63,980 nt of DNA from Chiloscyllium plagiosum. Its lineage: Eukaryota. Of this stretch, positions 51,030 to 63,622 are shown one piece after another (within the stretch, counting starts at the first letter, position 1; every line of letters starts with the position of its first letter). The stretch covers positions 2,765,187 to 2,829,166 of the forward strand of contig NC_057759.1 in NCBI RefSeq assembly GCF_004010195.1, written 5' to 3'. Both the position numbers and the translations under genes were made by a program. Under the pieces are notes generated by a model. It had not been told where the DNA came from and ran no database searches. It saw nothing but the letters and a program-made list of their open reading frames with translations.

Positions 51030-52375
51030 TAATCCATTATTACACGAGGATTTGAGTACAGGAGCAGTTAAGGTTTGTTTCAGATGCATACGATTTTGGT
51101 TCAGCTGTACCTGCAGGTCTGTGTGGAGTGTGGGTCCCCTTATCTCAGAAAATATGTTATTTCCATGTAGAGAGAGAGCCATGAAGATTCGCCAGATTTG
51201 CCCCTGTGATGGGGCCAACATCCTATAAAGAGACAGTGGGCAAACTGGCATTGGATGGATGTGCGATGATATTATTGAAAATAAAATAACACAATTCTTA
51301 AAGAGACATGTTGCCTATAGTTTGAATATTTGCTGATTGCAGGAAATGAGAACCGGGCAGCATTTTAAAGTAAGTGGGATTTCAAAGATGATGGTTTATT
51401 TTGTTCTGTTCATTAGATGGTAATCTTTTAGAATTATCTACCTGCAGGGTGCTAAGATCACTCTTTCACTGTATATGTTTAAGATGGATGCTGCTAAATT
51501 TCTCATCACCAATCTTCAAGTAGGTTATGGGATGGAGTGTGTAAAATGCATTTTCGTGCTCAATCAGCCATGTTCGTATTCAGTAGGACAGCAGGTTGAT
51601 TGGGATGAATCGCCCACTCCTGTTATTACGTTCCTCTGTTGTGAAAGAAATGGATCTAGTTTCTTTTCTTTCAGAAATTTACTCAAGCACTTTCCTTCTC
51701 TAACAATGAAATATTGATCTAAAATGCACAACTTATACAGTTGTTGGCTCAAAAACTTGTTTTCTGAATTAGTGGCCATGAAAATGTAGTCATAGTTTCA
51801 TAGAGAAAGACAGCATGGAAACAGACCCTTAGGTCGAATTTGTCCATGCCCAACAGATATCCTAAATCAATTTGATTGCAGAGGATGAGAACCGGGCTAG
51901 TACTTGGCCCATATCGCTGTTACCATTCCTATTCGCATTCCCATACAGATGTCTTTTAAATGTTGCAATTGTACCAGCCTCCATCACTTTCTCTGGCAGC
52001 CTATTCGTTACATGCACCATGCTTTGCTTGAAAACGTTACCCCTTAAGTCCCTTTTAAATTTTGCTCCTTTCACCCTAAGTCTATGCATTCCAGTTTTGA
52101 TCAATTACCACCACCCAAACTACCACCACCCCAGGGAAAAGATTTTGTATGTTTACCATATCCATGCCACTGATGATCTTGTAACCTCCAAAAGGTTACA
52201 AACCTCAGCCACCGACGTTTCAGAGAAAACAGCCCCAGCCTACTCAGCCTCTCCCGAAAGCTCAAGCCCTCCAATCCTGGTAACATCCTTGTAAATCTTT
52301 TCTGAACTCTTTTAAGCTTCACAACATCCTTCCTGTAGGAGGGAGACCAGATTGCATGCGATATTGCGAAAGTAT
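51030..52375. mobile_element. CR1 fragments (old plus 51030-51630; younger minus 51795-52375)
   Basis: Minus ORFs KLKRVQKRFTRMLPGLEGLSFRERL and HRLRVKGAKFKRDLRGN. Confidence 0.8.
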
Positions 52376-52619
52376 GAGATTATACTACAACTGTCCTTTG
52401 TCTCAGGGAAGGATTGAAGATTATCCACGACTGAATCAAGCCTCATCAAAGCAAGTATTTCCAGTCAGTACATCTGACAAATATGTGTTTCTGTAAACAA
52501 CAGCTTCACCACATCTTAATTTAACTCTCGACCTGGCAAAGCAGCATTGGCAACTTTGTTTATTTCTCGTATATTATAGGTAAGATGGAGTCTAACGGTA
52601 GAAATGTTGCATGTGACGA

Positions 52620-52640
52620 TAGATAGTCAGAGAGATAGAC

Positions 52641-52702
<62 letters not shown>
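52620..52702 (+). repeat. (GATA)n microsatellite
   Basis: Direct AGAT repeats, imperfect at the left end. Confidence 0.97.
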
Positions 52703-52703
<1 letters not shown>

Positions 52704-52704
52704 A

Positions 52705-53425
52705 GGTGCGCAATCACCTCTATTCAAGGCCTGAAAGGACCCTCCCACATCCATCAAAGTTTCACCTGAACATCCACCAATATCATTTCTTGTATCCATT
52801 GTTCCCGATGCGGTCTCCTTTACATTGGGGAGACTGGGCGCCTTCACGCAGAGCACTTTAAGGAACATCTCCAGGACACCCGCATCAATTAACTCCACCG
52901 CCCCATGGCCTAATTTTTCAACTCCCCCTCCCACTCTGCCGAGGACATGCAGGTCCTGGGCCTCCTCCACCGCCACTCCCTCACCACCCGACGTCTGGAG
53001 CATGAATGCCTCATCTTCTGCCACAGAACACTGCAACCCCACAGCATTAATGTAGACATCACCAGTTTCCTCATTTCCTCTGCCTCCACCTTATCTCAGC
53101 ACCAAACTTCCAGCTCAGCACCATCCTCATGACCTGTCCTACTTGCCAATCTTCCTTCCTACCTTTCGGCTCTTTCCTCTCTCTGACCTATCACCTTCAT
53201 CCCCACCCCCATCCGCCCATTGTACTCTTTGCTGCCTTCTATGCAGAACCAACACCCCTTCCATTTATCTCTCCAGCCTGGAGGCTCTCCCGCCATTCCT
53301 GATGAAGGGCTTTTGCCTGAAGTTTCGATTTTCCTGCTCCGCGGATGCTACCTGACCTGCTGTTGTTTACCAGCATCATTCTAATCTAGATTCTGGTTTC
53401 CAGCATCTGCAGTACTCACTTTCCC
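52705..53425 (+). mobile_element. 5'-truncated Penelope-like element (GIY-YIG endonuclease plus terminal repeat with decayed hammerhead)
   Basis: Translation NIISCIHCSRCGLLYIGETGR...EHL...FNSPSHS...RRLEHECLIF..TLQPHSINVD; CTGATGAAGGGCTTTTGCC at 53299. Confidence 0.88.
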
Positions 53426-54764
53426 ATAGATGGATGGAAATGACATTTGCTACATAAATCTCTAATAATACTTTTCATGATAGATTACATATCTATCAAA
53501 ATTGCACGATTTCATTCAGACTGTAACTCCTGAGCCCTGGTTTAATGTGCATGTCTTCCTTTCTTACCTTCATATACCTCCCATCGATGAAAAAAATAAT
53601 GAAATGATAGGATTTGTTGTCAAACATCATGCTACGAACAGAATTAACCCAGTGATGTCAAAAAGTTAGAAACAAGATTAAATCACAAACGTTAAATATT
53701 AACCCTTGGGGAAAAAGGAATGCACTAATTAGGCAACAACTCCATTGAAATAACTTTCAAGTAGTAAACAAAAATTCTATACCATCTGACAATGCTTCCC
53801 GCTAAATTTCCGTCAGAATTCAGACACATATAAATCATATTCCGAGTTACTTACACCATTGTTTTCATGGAAGGGAAGATCGAGTTAATGTTTGCATATA
53901 ACTCCTTTTTTCAAGAAGGGAAAGGTGTGAATTTTTCCCAGAAGAGAAACAATCCTGAAGCTGGCAGGATCTCCAAGTGTCTCTCTCACTCCAGTACGTG
54001 AACCACACTGACAAATTCTGCAAGAGTCTGTATACTACTTTTTAAATTATCTACTAATCTCGTTACGTAGCCAGAGAAGTTTTTTTTTCAAGATGTGTGA
54101 AAGCGGTGTTGCAATTGCAACAAAATAAGGACTGAAAACATGCACGGAAACAAAACTGTATTGCTGTTTCAGATGGATGGAAATCAATTCTTCTTGGAAT
54201 TGTATCTCATTCCGGAGTGTGCAGTAGACAGAACCGTGACTGAAAACTTTTCTTTACAAAATAAAAGTGGTGGACACCGTGCAACATTGCACATATGTCA
54301 CCCCTGACAGAGGAAATGTCGCACTGGAGGCAACATCTCAGCATCTATGGAATACCAACGATTAAATGATGGCTTTGTTGCAATTGTCTCATGCCTTCAG
54401 CTGAGAGAAAACAGATAAGATTAAAGTCCACCAGCACAAGTTCCAAGGTTCAAGCTCACGCGTATTGCTGCGAGATAAAGACGTTAGCTTGGTCTGACAG
54501 TGAGAATCAGCAGACGCGCATACACACATCGGCAATGCCTACTGTCACCGCCCCTAGCGTTCACAGCGCAGAATCACAGATTGGAACAGTGCTATCAGAT
54601 CAGATAGCAGGGAAAGATTATTTTATGGTCAAATACTGTCAAAGTGGGGAGTGATTCCCTCAATCCTGGAGAACGGTTCATTTCTTTCCTCTGTTGAATT
54701 TATCTACACCCATGTGCCCATTAATTAAATAATCTGTGTCCGCTAGCAAATGGTATTAAGTTCT

Positions 54765-54937
54765 GGAAATGGTTGAGGTGGGTACATTGACAACATTTAG
54801 AAGGTATTTGGACAATTACATGGATTGTAAAGGTTTGGAAGGATATGGGCCTAATGCAGGGAAATGGTGTTAGAGTGGCTGGACATCTTGGTCAGCATGG
54901 AGCACATTGAACTGTCTCCATGCTGTAGGACCCTATG
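54765..54937 (+). mobile_element. CR1 3' tail
   Basis: VVEVGTLTTFRRYLDNYMD..GLEGYGP-like sequence and 3'UTR. Confidence 0.75.
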
Positions 54938-54939
54938 GC

Positions 54940-55360
54940 CGAAACAATATTTCAGGTGAAGCAGCATTTCAACTGTACCTCCTCTAATAATATGTATTGA
55001 ACTCGCTGCACTCAATGTGGCCTACTCTACATTGGCGAAACCAAATACAGACAAGATGAACACTTTACAGAACACCTCCAGTGTGTGCACAAGCAAGACC
55101 CCAACTTTTTTGGCAGCCAGTCAATTTAACACAGGTCACATGCCAATGTGTCCTTCCTCGGCATGTTGCAGTGTTCCAGTGAATCACAGTGTAAACTTGA
55201 AGGGAAAAAGTCTCATCTTCACACTAGGCACTTTGCAAGGGTTTGGAATTAATGTTGAGATCAACACCTTCAATTTGTGAATCCACTCCCTCCCGTTCTC
55301 TTAGCTATGTCATCTCTCCACTCCAACCCCTCATGCTGCCTGCTCCCCCCCTCCATTTCA
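54940..55360 (+). mobile_element. Penelope-like GIY-YIG fragment
   Basis: FQVKQHFNCTSSNNMY*TRCTQCGLLYIGETK...LIFTLGTLQGFGINVE. Confidence 0.8.
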
Positions 55361-55512
55361 GTAAGGATTTTCTGTCCTTTCAAGTCTGGCAGGAATGTGA
55401 TGGACCAGTCGGCCTCCTAAACATATTTCGCAAAGGGGTCCCAGTCCGGAAGGCAAAATTATTAAATTATGAACATATGGCAATGAACCTGTTCTAAAAT
55501 GTATTCAGAGGT

Positions 55513-55667
55513 TAAAAGAAAACTGCAGATGTTGGAATGCAGGCAGGAGGCTGGAAGGACACTGCAGGCCAGACAGCATCAGACAGTGAAAAAGTCGACG
55601 TTCGGTTGAAACCTTTCTCCAGAATTATTCTGAAGAAGGATTACACCCGAAACCTTGACTTCTCCAC
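55513..55667. mobile_element. Fold-back Penelope-terminus element, subfamily 2 (diverged)
   Basis: Centre CAGAAT-T-ATTCTG (55626); right arm CTGAAGAAGGATTACACCCGAAACCTTGACTTCTC; similar to 63623-63785. Confidence 0.65.
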
Positions 55668-56005
55668 ACGGAAATATATTCAAACAGGCAAAGACGAACG
55701 GGTTGTTAGCCTTCTGTAAAGGTTGGCTGTCACGATTTATAACTCTCTATGATTATTCGTGGAGCATACTTGGGAAGTCACGTACTCTACTTGGTGCAGA
55801 ACTGAACCACGGGAGGTGGCAGAATTTGAAGTCTGAATCGTAGAAGGCGATTTCCTCATCTACTGACTAACAGCAGAAACATCGCCGCTCAGCATGAGAA
55901 TATCGCTTCGAAAAGGTTATATTTTAAATTTAATGGAGCAACATGTAAATGAAATAAATTCGAATAGGGAGATACTTTCAAAGCAACCGTTGACACATAA
56001 ATAAT

Positions 56006-56207
56006 GGGCAGCACGGTGGCACAGTGGTTAGCACTGCTGCCTCACAGCGCTGGAGACCCGCATTCAATTCCCGCCTCAGGCAACTGTCTGTGTGGAGTTT
56101 GCACATTCTCCCTGTGTCTACGTGGGTTTCCTCCGAGTGCTTCAGTTTCCTCCCACAGTCCAAAAATGCGCAGGTTAGGTGAATTGGCCATGCTAAATTG
56201 CCCGTAG
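56006..56207 (+). mobile_element. HE1/V-SINE tRNA-derived SINE, 3'-truncated
   Basis: GGCAGCACGGTGGCACAGTGGTTAGCACTGCTGCCTCACAGC head and TGTGTGGAGTTTGCACATTCTCC core. Confidence 0.9.
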
Positions 56208-57971
56208 ACCATTAATGTGAACACCTTAGTTTTGTGAAGAAACCGTGCACAGAAGAGTTGACATCATACTGGTGAAGGGAGAGCATGGAACACTAACAAG
56301 AAACAATTAACTGGAAACCTAAAGCAGTAAAAACTGATACAATAAAAGTGGGAAGCATGTCAACTCAAAGACGAGTACGTGATTGTTTTTCTTTAAAATG
56401 AAACAAACATATGCGGCAGTGAGTCAGTAAAACCGTGATTACGTCAAACAGTGCCCAACTTCTTTGATTTACCTGGAACTCCAATCGCTGCACCCATAGG
56501 ATAGTAAATAGCAGACCCAAGGCCTTTTGGTTATCCGTGCGTTTCTTCAGAAATGTGAGCTCTGCAGTTCATGGAAATAATCCAATATATATAGTTAATG
56601 CCAAACACAAGGATTCTACTTGAAACAAACATATTTATGAAGTTGCTGACAATCTCATGTTTATTATTTTGAAAAATTGTATTTGGCTTTTAAAAAGTCG
56701 CACACGAATTTACGACGGAGGCCCATAGACCATCCCATGACATCAGATATGCTTCATTAATCTTTATTATATAAGAACAAAAAATGGCATTTGTTCATTC
56801 GAAAATTATTGACATAAGGGCCTTCCTGCCGAGTTAGGTGGTTTGAAAATAATCCATAACTAACCAGAGATATCTGGTTCCTCAATGAAAGACGGTTTTT
56901 GTTGACATCCGAAATGCTGCGTGCGCACTCATTCAGGGATGTCCATGAACAGAGCTCCATTCCCGTTAGATGACGTTAAATTTCGATGAAGACACACAAA
57001 AGAGGCACTACACAGCTGCCGAGAAGTTGTGATGTCACTGAGCAAGTAATCCAAAACCTTGACTTGGTGATACTGTACTGGCATGTATCTAAACGCCAGC
57101 GTGAGAAGTAGTGAAATTTGAATTCAATAAAAATCTAAAGTCGAAAGCCAGCAGAATGTTTGTTTTAAATAAATCTGATTCAATCATGTATTTCCAGGAA
57201 AGTTTTTCTTTGTTCTGAAAATTGATTTTTACACGCAATAAGATGTAATCGAGGTTTGCACCCATAACTCCCACTGCTTTGTCGACCACCGAGATGAAAT
57301 GTTAACTCATCATCTATATTTCTTGTTCACCTCCAAGGAAAAGTCCGTCTGGTATAAGGTTGATACTGATCCTCAATAAACAGCGTAAAATCAGAATATC
57401 CAATCAACAACATGGATTTTTTCTTCATTGTTTGCAAACTGATGGTCGCGATTTCCAGCATTATAACAACGACATAATTTCAAAACTGTCTCATTAATAA
57501 CAAAGATCTATGTAACGCCGATAGCTGTGAAAGGTGCAATGCCCTCGCGGGAACTTCTCATTCTTTCTTCCTCGATTATCACTGCCTATAATGTAAGAGT
57601 GTAACACCAGTTTATCAGCGAGTGGTACACCATTCCCTGCCACGATCTCCACCAATATTCAAATCATTCATTCCACAAATGGTGATCCAATAAATACACT
57701 ATGCTTTCAAAAAAATGTTGGAAACCAAACATTGCAGTGTTAATTTCTTGTATTTCAGACAAAACAATTTGCTGAATTTGCAGAAAAGAATGATGGGGAT
57801 TGAGTTTAATTGCTTTCAAGGAAGCACTTTTTGGGAGGCAACAATAAAATCCGGAATCTGCCTGCTACCGTCAGTACTTTTTAGCACTGACAGTAAGGGC
57901 GAATTCAGATTATTAAACCGGTTGTTTTCTTGGTTCAGTTATTCTTTGTTTTTTTTCTTCCGCATTGTTTC

Positions 57972-59696
57972 ATTGATTAAAGGCAGTCAACACGGCTTTG
58001 TGAGAGGCAGGTCATGCCTCACAAACCTTATCGAGTTCTTTCAGGATGTGACTAGAAAAGTTGATGAGGGTCGAGCTGTGAATGTGGTGTATATGGACTT
58101 CAGCAAGGCATTTGATAAGGTTCCCCATGGTAGGCTCATTCAGAAGGTCAGGAGGAATGGGATACAGGGGACCTTAGCTGTCTGGATACATAATTGGCTG
58201 GCCAACAGAAGACAGCGAGTGGTAGTAGAAGGAAAATATTCTGCCTGGAAGTCAGTGGTGAGTGGTGTTCCACAGGGCTCTGTCCCTGGGTCTCTACTGT
58301 TTGTAATTTTTATTAATGATTTGGATGAGGGGATTGAAGGATGGGTCAGCAAGTTTGCAAATGACACAAAGGTTGGAGGTGTCGTTGACAGTATAGAAGG
58401 CTGTTGTAGGCTGCAGCGGGACATTGACAGGATGCAGAGATGGGCTGAGAGGTGGCAGATGGAGTTCAACCTGGATAAATGCGAGGTGATGCAGTTTGGA
58501 AGGTCGAATTTGAAAGCTGAGTACAGGACTAAGGATAAGATTCTTGGCAGTGTGGAGGANNNNNNNNNNNNNNNNNNNNNNNNNNNNNNNNNNNNNNNNN
58601 NNNNNNNNNNNNNNNNNNNNNNNNNNNNNNNNNNNNNNNNNNNNNNNNNNNNNNNNNNNNNNNNNNNNNNNNNNNNNNNNNNNNNNNNNNNNNNNNNNNN
58701 NNNNNNNNNNNNNNNNNNNNNNNNNNNNNNNNNNNNNNNNNNNNNNNNNNNNNNNNNNNNNNNNNNNNNNNNNNNNNNNNNNNNNNNNNNNNNNNNNNNN
58801 NNNNNNNNNNNNNNNNNNNNNNNNNNNNNNNNNNNNNNNNNNNNNNNNNNNNNNNNNNNNNNNNNNNNNNNNNNNNNNNNNNNNNNNNNNNNNNNNNNNN
58901 NNNNNNNNNNNNNNNNNNNNNNNNNNNNNNNNNNNNNNNNNNNNNNNNNNNNNNNNAATTTGAAAGCTGAGTACAGGGTTAAGGATAGGATTCTTGGCAG
59001 TGTGGAGGAACAGAGGGATCTTGGTGTGCAGGTACATAGATCCCTTAAAATGGTCACCCAAGTGGACAGGGTTGTTAAGAAAGCATATGGTGTTTTGGCT
59101 TTCATTAACAGGGGGATTGAGTTTAAGAGTCGTGAAATCTTGTTGCAGCTCTATAAAACTTTGGTGAGACCGTACTTGGAATACTGCGTCCATTTCTGGT
59201 TGCCCTATTATAGGAAAGATGTGGATGCTTTGGAGAGGGTTCAGAGGAGGTTTACCAGGATGCTGCCTGGACTGGAGGGCTTATCTTATGAAGAGAGGTT
59301 GACTGAGCTCGGACTTTTTTCATTGGAGAAAAGGAGGAGGAGAGGGGCCCTAATTGAGGTATACAAGATAATGAGAGGCATAGAAAAAGTCGATAGCCAG
59401 AGACTATTTCCCAGGGCAGAAATGACTAACACGAGAGGTCATAGTTTTAAGCTAGTTGGAGGAAAGTAAAGAGGGGATGTCAGAGGCGGGTTCTTTACAC
59501 AGAGAGTTTTGAGAGCATGGAATGCGTTGCCAGCTGCAGGTGTGGAAGCAAGGTCATTGGGGACATTTAAGAGACTGTTGGACATGCATATGGTCACAGA
59601 AATTTGAGGGTGCATACATGAGGATCAGTGGTCGGCACAACATCGTGGGCTGAAGGGCCTGTTCTGTGCTGTACTGTTCTATGTTCTATGTTCTAT
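57972..59696 (+). mobile_element. Young 5'-truncated CR1 (RT to 3' end), spanning a gap
   Basis: SQHGFVRGRSCLTNLIEFF, YMDFSKAFDKVPH, GVPQGS, KFANDTK (catalytic Asp changed to Asn at 58360); (TTCTATG)n tail. Confidence 0.96.
58560..58956. other. Assembly gap (397 N)
   Basis: Run of N. Confidence 1.
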
Positions 59697-60308
59697 TAAA
59701 TTGTAGGTTCTCATTTAATTACTAATCGAGACGTCACAAGGCATTATTGTAAATTGTTTTTGCAGAAATACTCATTTGGAATAGAAGTCTGTTCAGAAAA
59801 AGGCATGGGCCATATCACTTACTCATGTTATGGATCAGGCCAGAACCCGTCAAAACATTTCAAGAAAGTAACTTAGGGCCCAACTTTGCTCGTTGTTTTA
59901 AGCAGGTGTAGAGTGGATGTTCCAGGAGTGATGCAGCTGGCCAAACCACTTAGTTTTAAATGAATCAGAATTTATTTGCTCATTTACTGAAAGAAACATA
60001 GACACAAGAGAACAGAATATAGTCTAACTCAACTATTTAAAAACTCAACACACTACCCCAATTTATTGATGTTGTTCCAAATTCCTGCAACAATCCCATA
60101 AGCACCCTTTGGCAAGAAAGGTTCAACCAAACATAGACTATTACAGGAGAGTGAGATGTCAGAGCAATTGCATGGAACACCTTCTTCCGTGTAGCACTTT
60201 CTTTTGGATCCAAAGCTAACAAGTGAGCAGCAGCTCTGAGCAGTCAGATTGCAAAAACAAAATCAAAACAATCCAAACCAGAGAAAAGCTGAGCTTGGAG
60301 AAGTGGCG

Positions 60309-60537
60309 ATCCACAAACTCCATCAACAAACACATCGACCTGGGCCCAATATACCGGCCACTACAGCGGACAGCTGAAACTGACAACCGGAAGCGGCAGG
60401 GACAGGCCACTATAAATGCCGGAGGAAACACCACAGAAGCGCTTCACAGGAGGCTCCCAAGCACTGAGGATGTCACCTAGACAGGGGACGAAACGTTTGC
60501 AACAGAAACTTCCAGCTCGGCGAACAGAACCACAGCA
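60309..60537 (+). mobile_element. Penelope-like element 3' fragment (second lineage)
   Basis: STNSINKHIDLGPIYRPL C-terminal motif followed by a hammerhead-containing terminus. Confidence 0.7.
60461..60500 (+). ncRNA. Minimal type-I hammerhead ribozyme motif
   Basis: GCA-CTGAGGA-T-GTCACC-TAGACA-GGGGAC-GAAA-CGTT-TGC: stem I GCA/TGC, stem II 5 of 6 pairs, intact core. Confidence 0.7.
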
Positions 60538-62335
60538 AACTCAGACATTTCAGAATCTAAGCGTTTACGACCCCTCTGAAAAAGGACAACCTAAAACTGT
60601 TAACAAAGCAGCATCGTCACACTTAGAACAGATAACGTTACGTATGTATTAGATAAAAGAGTAATTGCTCCAACTAGTCAGCAAAGCAGAACAACTTTAG
60701 TTTTGAAAACAAAAACAGCTTCCCAGAAAATACCACATTCGAAGTATTTCATAAAAGGAAACTTATGAAGAATGTTACAAAATAATGGATTATGGCTGAT
60801 GCCTGTTCCAGTTAAAGAAATTCCCTACGTGACGAAAAAACTATTATGTATGCACCTGGTCGGACAGGGCGGTCCACATGATTGGATATTATCACACCGT
60901 TTCAAGGGGAAATAAACGTTCAAAAGGCACATGGAAGTGGACATGACGCACCAAGATAGAGGAAAATGTGTATGTATTAGAATAACTGACAGACGTGGGG
61001 TCCGCATGAAAAAAAAGGATCGGTTGTCATTTTGTTTGACATGATGAGGTGGCCTGTTGTCATCTCATTGTAACTCGTTAAAAGGATTTCCCCGCTACCA
61101 ATGCACAGACAAACGTTCGAAAGGTTACACAGTAGACATGGGGGCTTACACATAAGTATTAAAATTTGTTATTCCGCTCTGAAGTATGAACAAAAAAGCT
61201 ATCATCAATTACTGCGAAGCACAATTCTGGTTCAGGAATGCTCTATAATCAAGGCAACCTGCCATCCTGCGTACAAGTGATTGCTGACCAACCTCAATCT
61301 AATTGAAGGTAGATATCCACGTGAAAAGGGTTAGGATGGCATTGAATCGATGGGCAATTAGATATGGGTCATAATCCTAACTTTAACAGCGACACCGACA
61401 TACCAGGGGGAAGTGATGGTAAACAATTAGAGGGAAAGTTGACAAAAAAATCGTCACAGAAATTGTGCTTTGTGCTTTATTTTAGTCAGAAACAACTAAT
61501 TCAGAGATAGTGAGCATAAATTGTTTAACAGCTGTTTAAATACTTAATTAGTTGTGGATTAGAAACAATAAATGTAAAATATCCGGCTAATATCTGCTAA
61601 GAATTCTAATTTTGTTGAATGTTCAGAAGCAATTAGTCCCTTCCATGACGTATTCCTGCGAATCCAGTTTACATCATTTTACGTCCCAGCCAACGAAGTT
61701 AGGTGACGCACAATTACCTTGTCCACTTTTTTTCCAAATGTGTAATCTGAATGGGTAACAGAAACCGCCTTTGACACTTCTTAATATGTCCTGCAAGGTT
61801 GTTATGTTTTCTGACCTAAGGACAAGATTGTACATTGTGTTGAAGATCTGGAGTGAGACCAAAGAAATATGTCCATGCTTGTTTCTGTCTGAAAGACACA
61901 GATAAGATGGGAGATTGTGACCTTGTCTTGGATTGCGTCAGTGTGGTGAGACATTGGATTTAATTATCGTGGGAGAGACTGCATGTTGATCTGGAGTGAA
62001 CTGCTTTTGTCTCCAATAGTTACATTAAAAAAAACTGTTACTTTGTGGGCTGTGGGTCTCGCTGGTCTGCAGTCCCCACTTTCACGGTAATGACTAACAG
62101 TCATTGGATGGCAATCCATCAGGACCGCAACAATTATCGGCTCTGATTCTGCGAGACGGAGAAAAGTATTTTGGTTCCTGTTTTAACACGTTTTCAGCAT
62201 CATAGGACTGGATGAGAGAGCCTAATGTTGCAGCGCACTGAGTGTGGAGCCTGAAACAGTTATATGGCCTGGAAACAGGAATTCACGGCGGCACGGCCTG
62301 TACACACGTGTGTGTGTGCGGCTGAAGCTACTGTC

Positions 62336-63060
62336 ATGGAGAAACCCGAGGAATTCCGACCCATGGACAAACCGTGGAAGTGTGGCAACTTACCTGCCGT
62401 GTCTGCCCTAGAGACTTATGGGTGCAATCACACTAGGGAGAGGCAGTTCCCCTCCACCCAGTGTGTGAAGTGTTTTACCTGCTTTCCCACTGGCAGATCC
62501 GCACCAGGGACTGGCGGTCCTTAATACTCCATGAGTGGGAAGGGCTTCACCATCTCATCCCACCTGCTGTCCCACCAGCAGGTCCACACAGGGACTGGTG
62601 GTCCACTTGCCCCATGAGCAGGAAGGGTTTTACCCACTCCTCCCACCTGCTAGCCCACTGACTGGTCCACACTGGTGAACGGCCATTCACCCACTCTGTG
62701 TGCGGCAATAGCCTGAACCACTCCTCCCACCACGTGGCCCACAAGCTGGCCCACACCGGGGAGAGGCCGTTTCTCCTGCTCCAGTTGCAGGAAGGGTTCG
62801 CCCAGGCCTCCCTCCTCCAAACACATCAGTGGCTCCACATCAGGGAGACGTCCTTCAGTTGTCCCGAGAATGGGAAGGGCTTCACCCACTCCTACATCCT
62901 GCTGGCCCACCGGCTGGTGCACGCTGGTGAGAGAATGTTCGCCTGCCCCGAGTACTGGCGCTTGTTAGCATTGCCCTGCAACTTGCAGAGGCACCAACAG
63001 GGGCACCAGCGCTCCCAACAATCGGATTCCACCGGTGATGCTCCTGTGGCTTGCTCCTAG
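62336..63060 (+). pseudogene. C2H2 zinc-finger gene copy D, heavily decayed
   Basis: MEKPEEFRPMDKPWKCG start and 5' leader shared with copies A-C; HTGERP linkers scattered across frames; ends HQRSQQSDSTGDAPVACS*. Confidence 0.88.
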
Positions 63061-63118
63061 GACTGAACGTTCTGATAGTGGGTGCAGTTTTTGTTTTCTG
63101 TAGGACACCATGGGGATC

Positions 63119-63475
63119 GGGGAGGCACAATGACTCAGTAGATGGCACTGCAGTCTCACAGCACCAGGGACTCAGGTTCGATTCCACTCTCAGTCCAACT
63201 GTCTGTGTGGAGTATGCATGTTGCCGCCCCCTTGTCTGTGTGGCTTTCCTGCAGGTGCTCTGGTTTTCTCCCACAGTCCAAAGATGCACAGGTTAGGGTG
63301 AATTGGTCAAGCTAAATTGCCCACAGTATTCAGGGATGTTCAGGTGTCGTACATTAGTCATGGATAAATGTAGAGTAATGGAGTAGCAGAATGGGTCTGG
63401 GTGGGTTAATTTCCAGAGAGACAGTGTGGACGTGTTGGGCCAAAGGGCCTGTTTCCACACTGTCAGGATTCTATG
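63119..63475 (+). mobile_element. HE1/V-SINE, near full length
   Basis: B-box GGTTCGATTCC at 63175, conserved core, tail GGGCCTGTTTCCACACTGT..GATTCTATG. Confidence 0.85.
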
Positions 63476-63622
63476 TACTTTGCTTCCAGTTGGCGCTGCT
63501 GCTCTTTGACCCCAGGACTGCACGTCCCCATTGAAAAGATCTGCAGAAACTTGAGACCACAAAACCATCAGAGCAGAAGTTAGGACATTCGGTCTATCGA
63601 GTCTGCTCTGTCATGCATTTGG

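Larger units (their letters stand above)
59826..60621 (-). mobile_element. Probable solo LTR with a nested Penelope fragment
   Basis: Begins TGTTA and ends GTCACA (TG...CA); flanks CTCA / CTTA; TTTATT at ~59971 is AATAAA on the minus strand. Confidence 0.5.

Noticed and set aside
54541..54562. CTCF-like motif (CGCTAGGGGCGG on the minus strand)
   Set aside because: One G short of the core consensus and no supporting evidence.
56006..56075. tRNA-like sequence
   Set aside because: It is a SINE head running into the SINE core, not a tRNA gene.
57715..59469. 584-aa ORF as a functional gene
   Set aside because: Non-coding flank run into a 5'-truncated CR1 RT with FAND in place of FADD, bridged by Ns.
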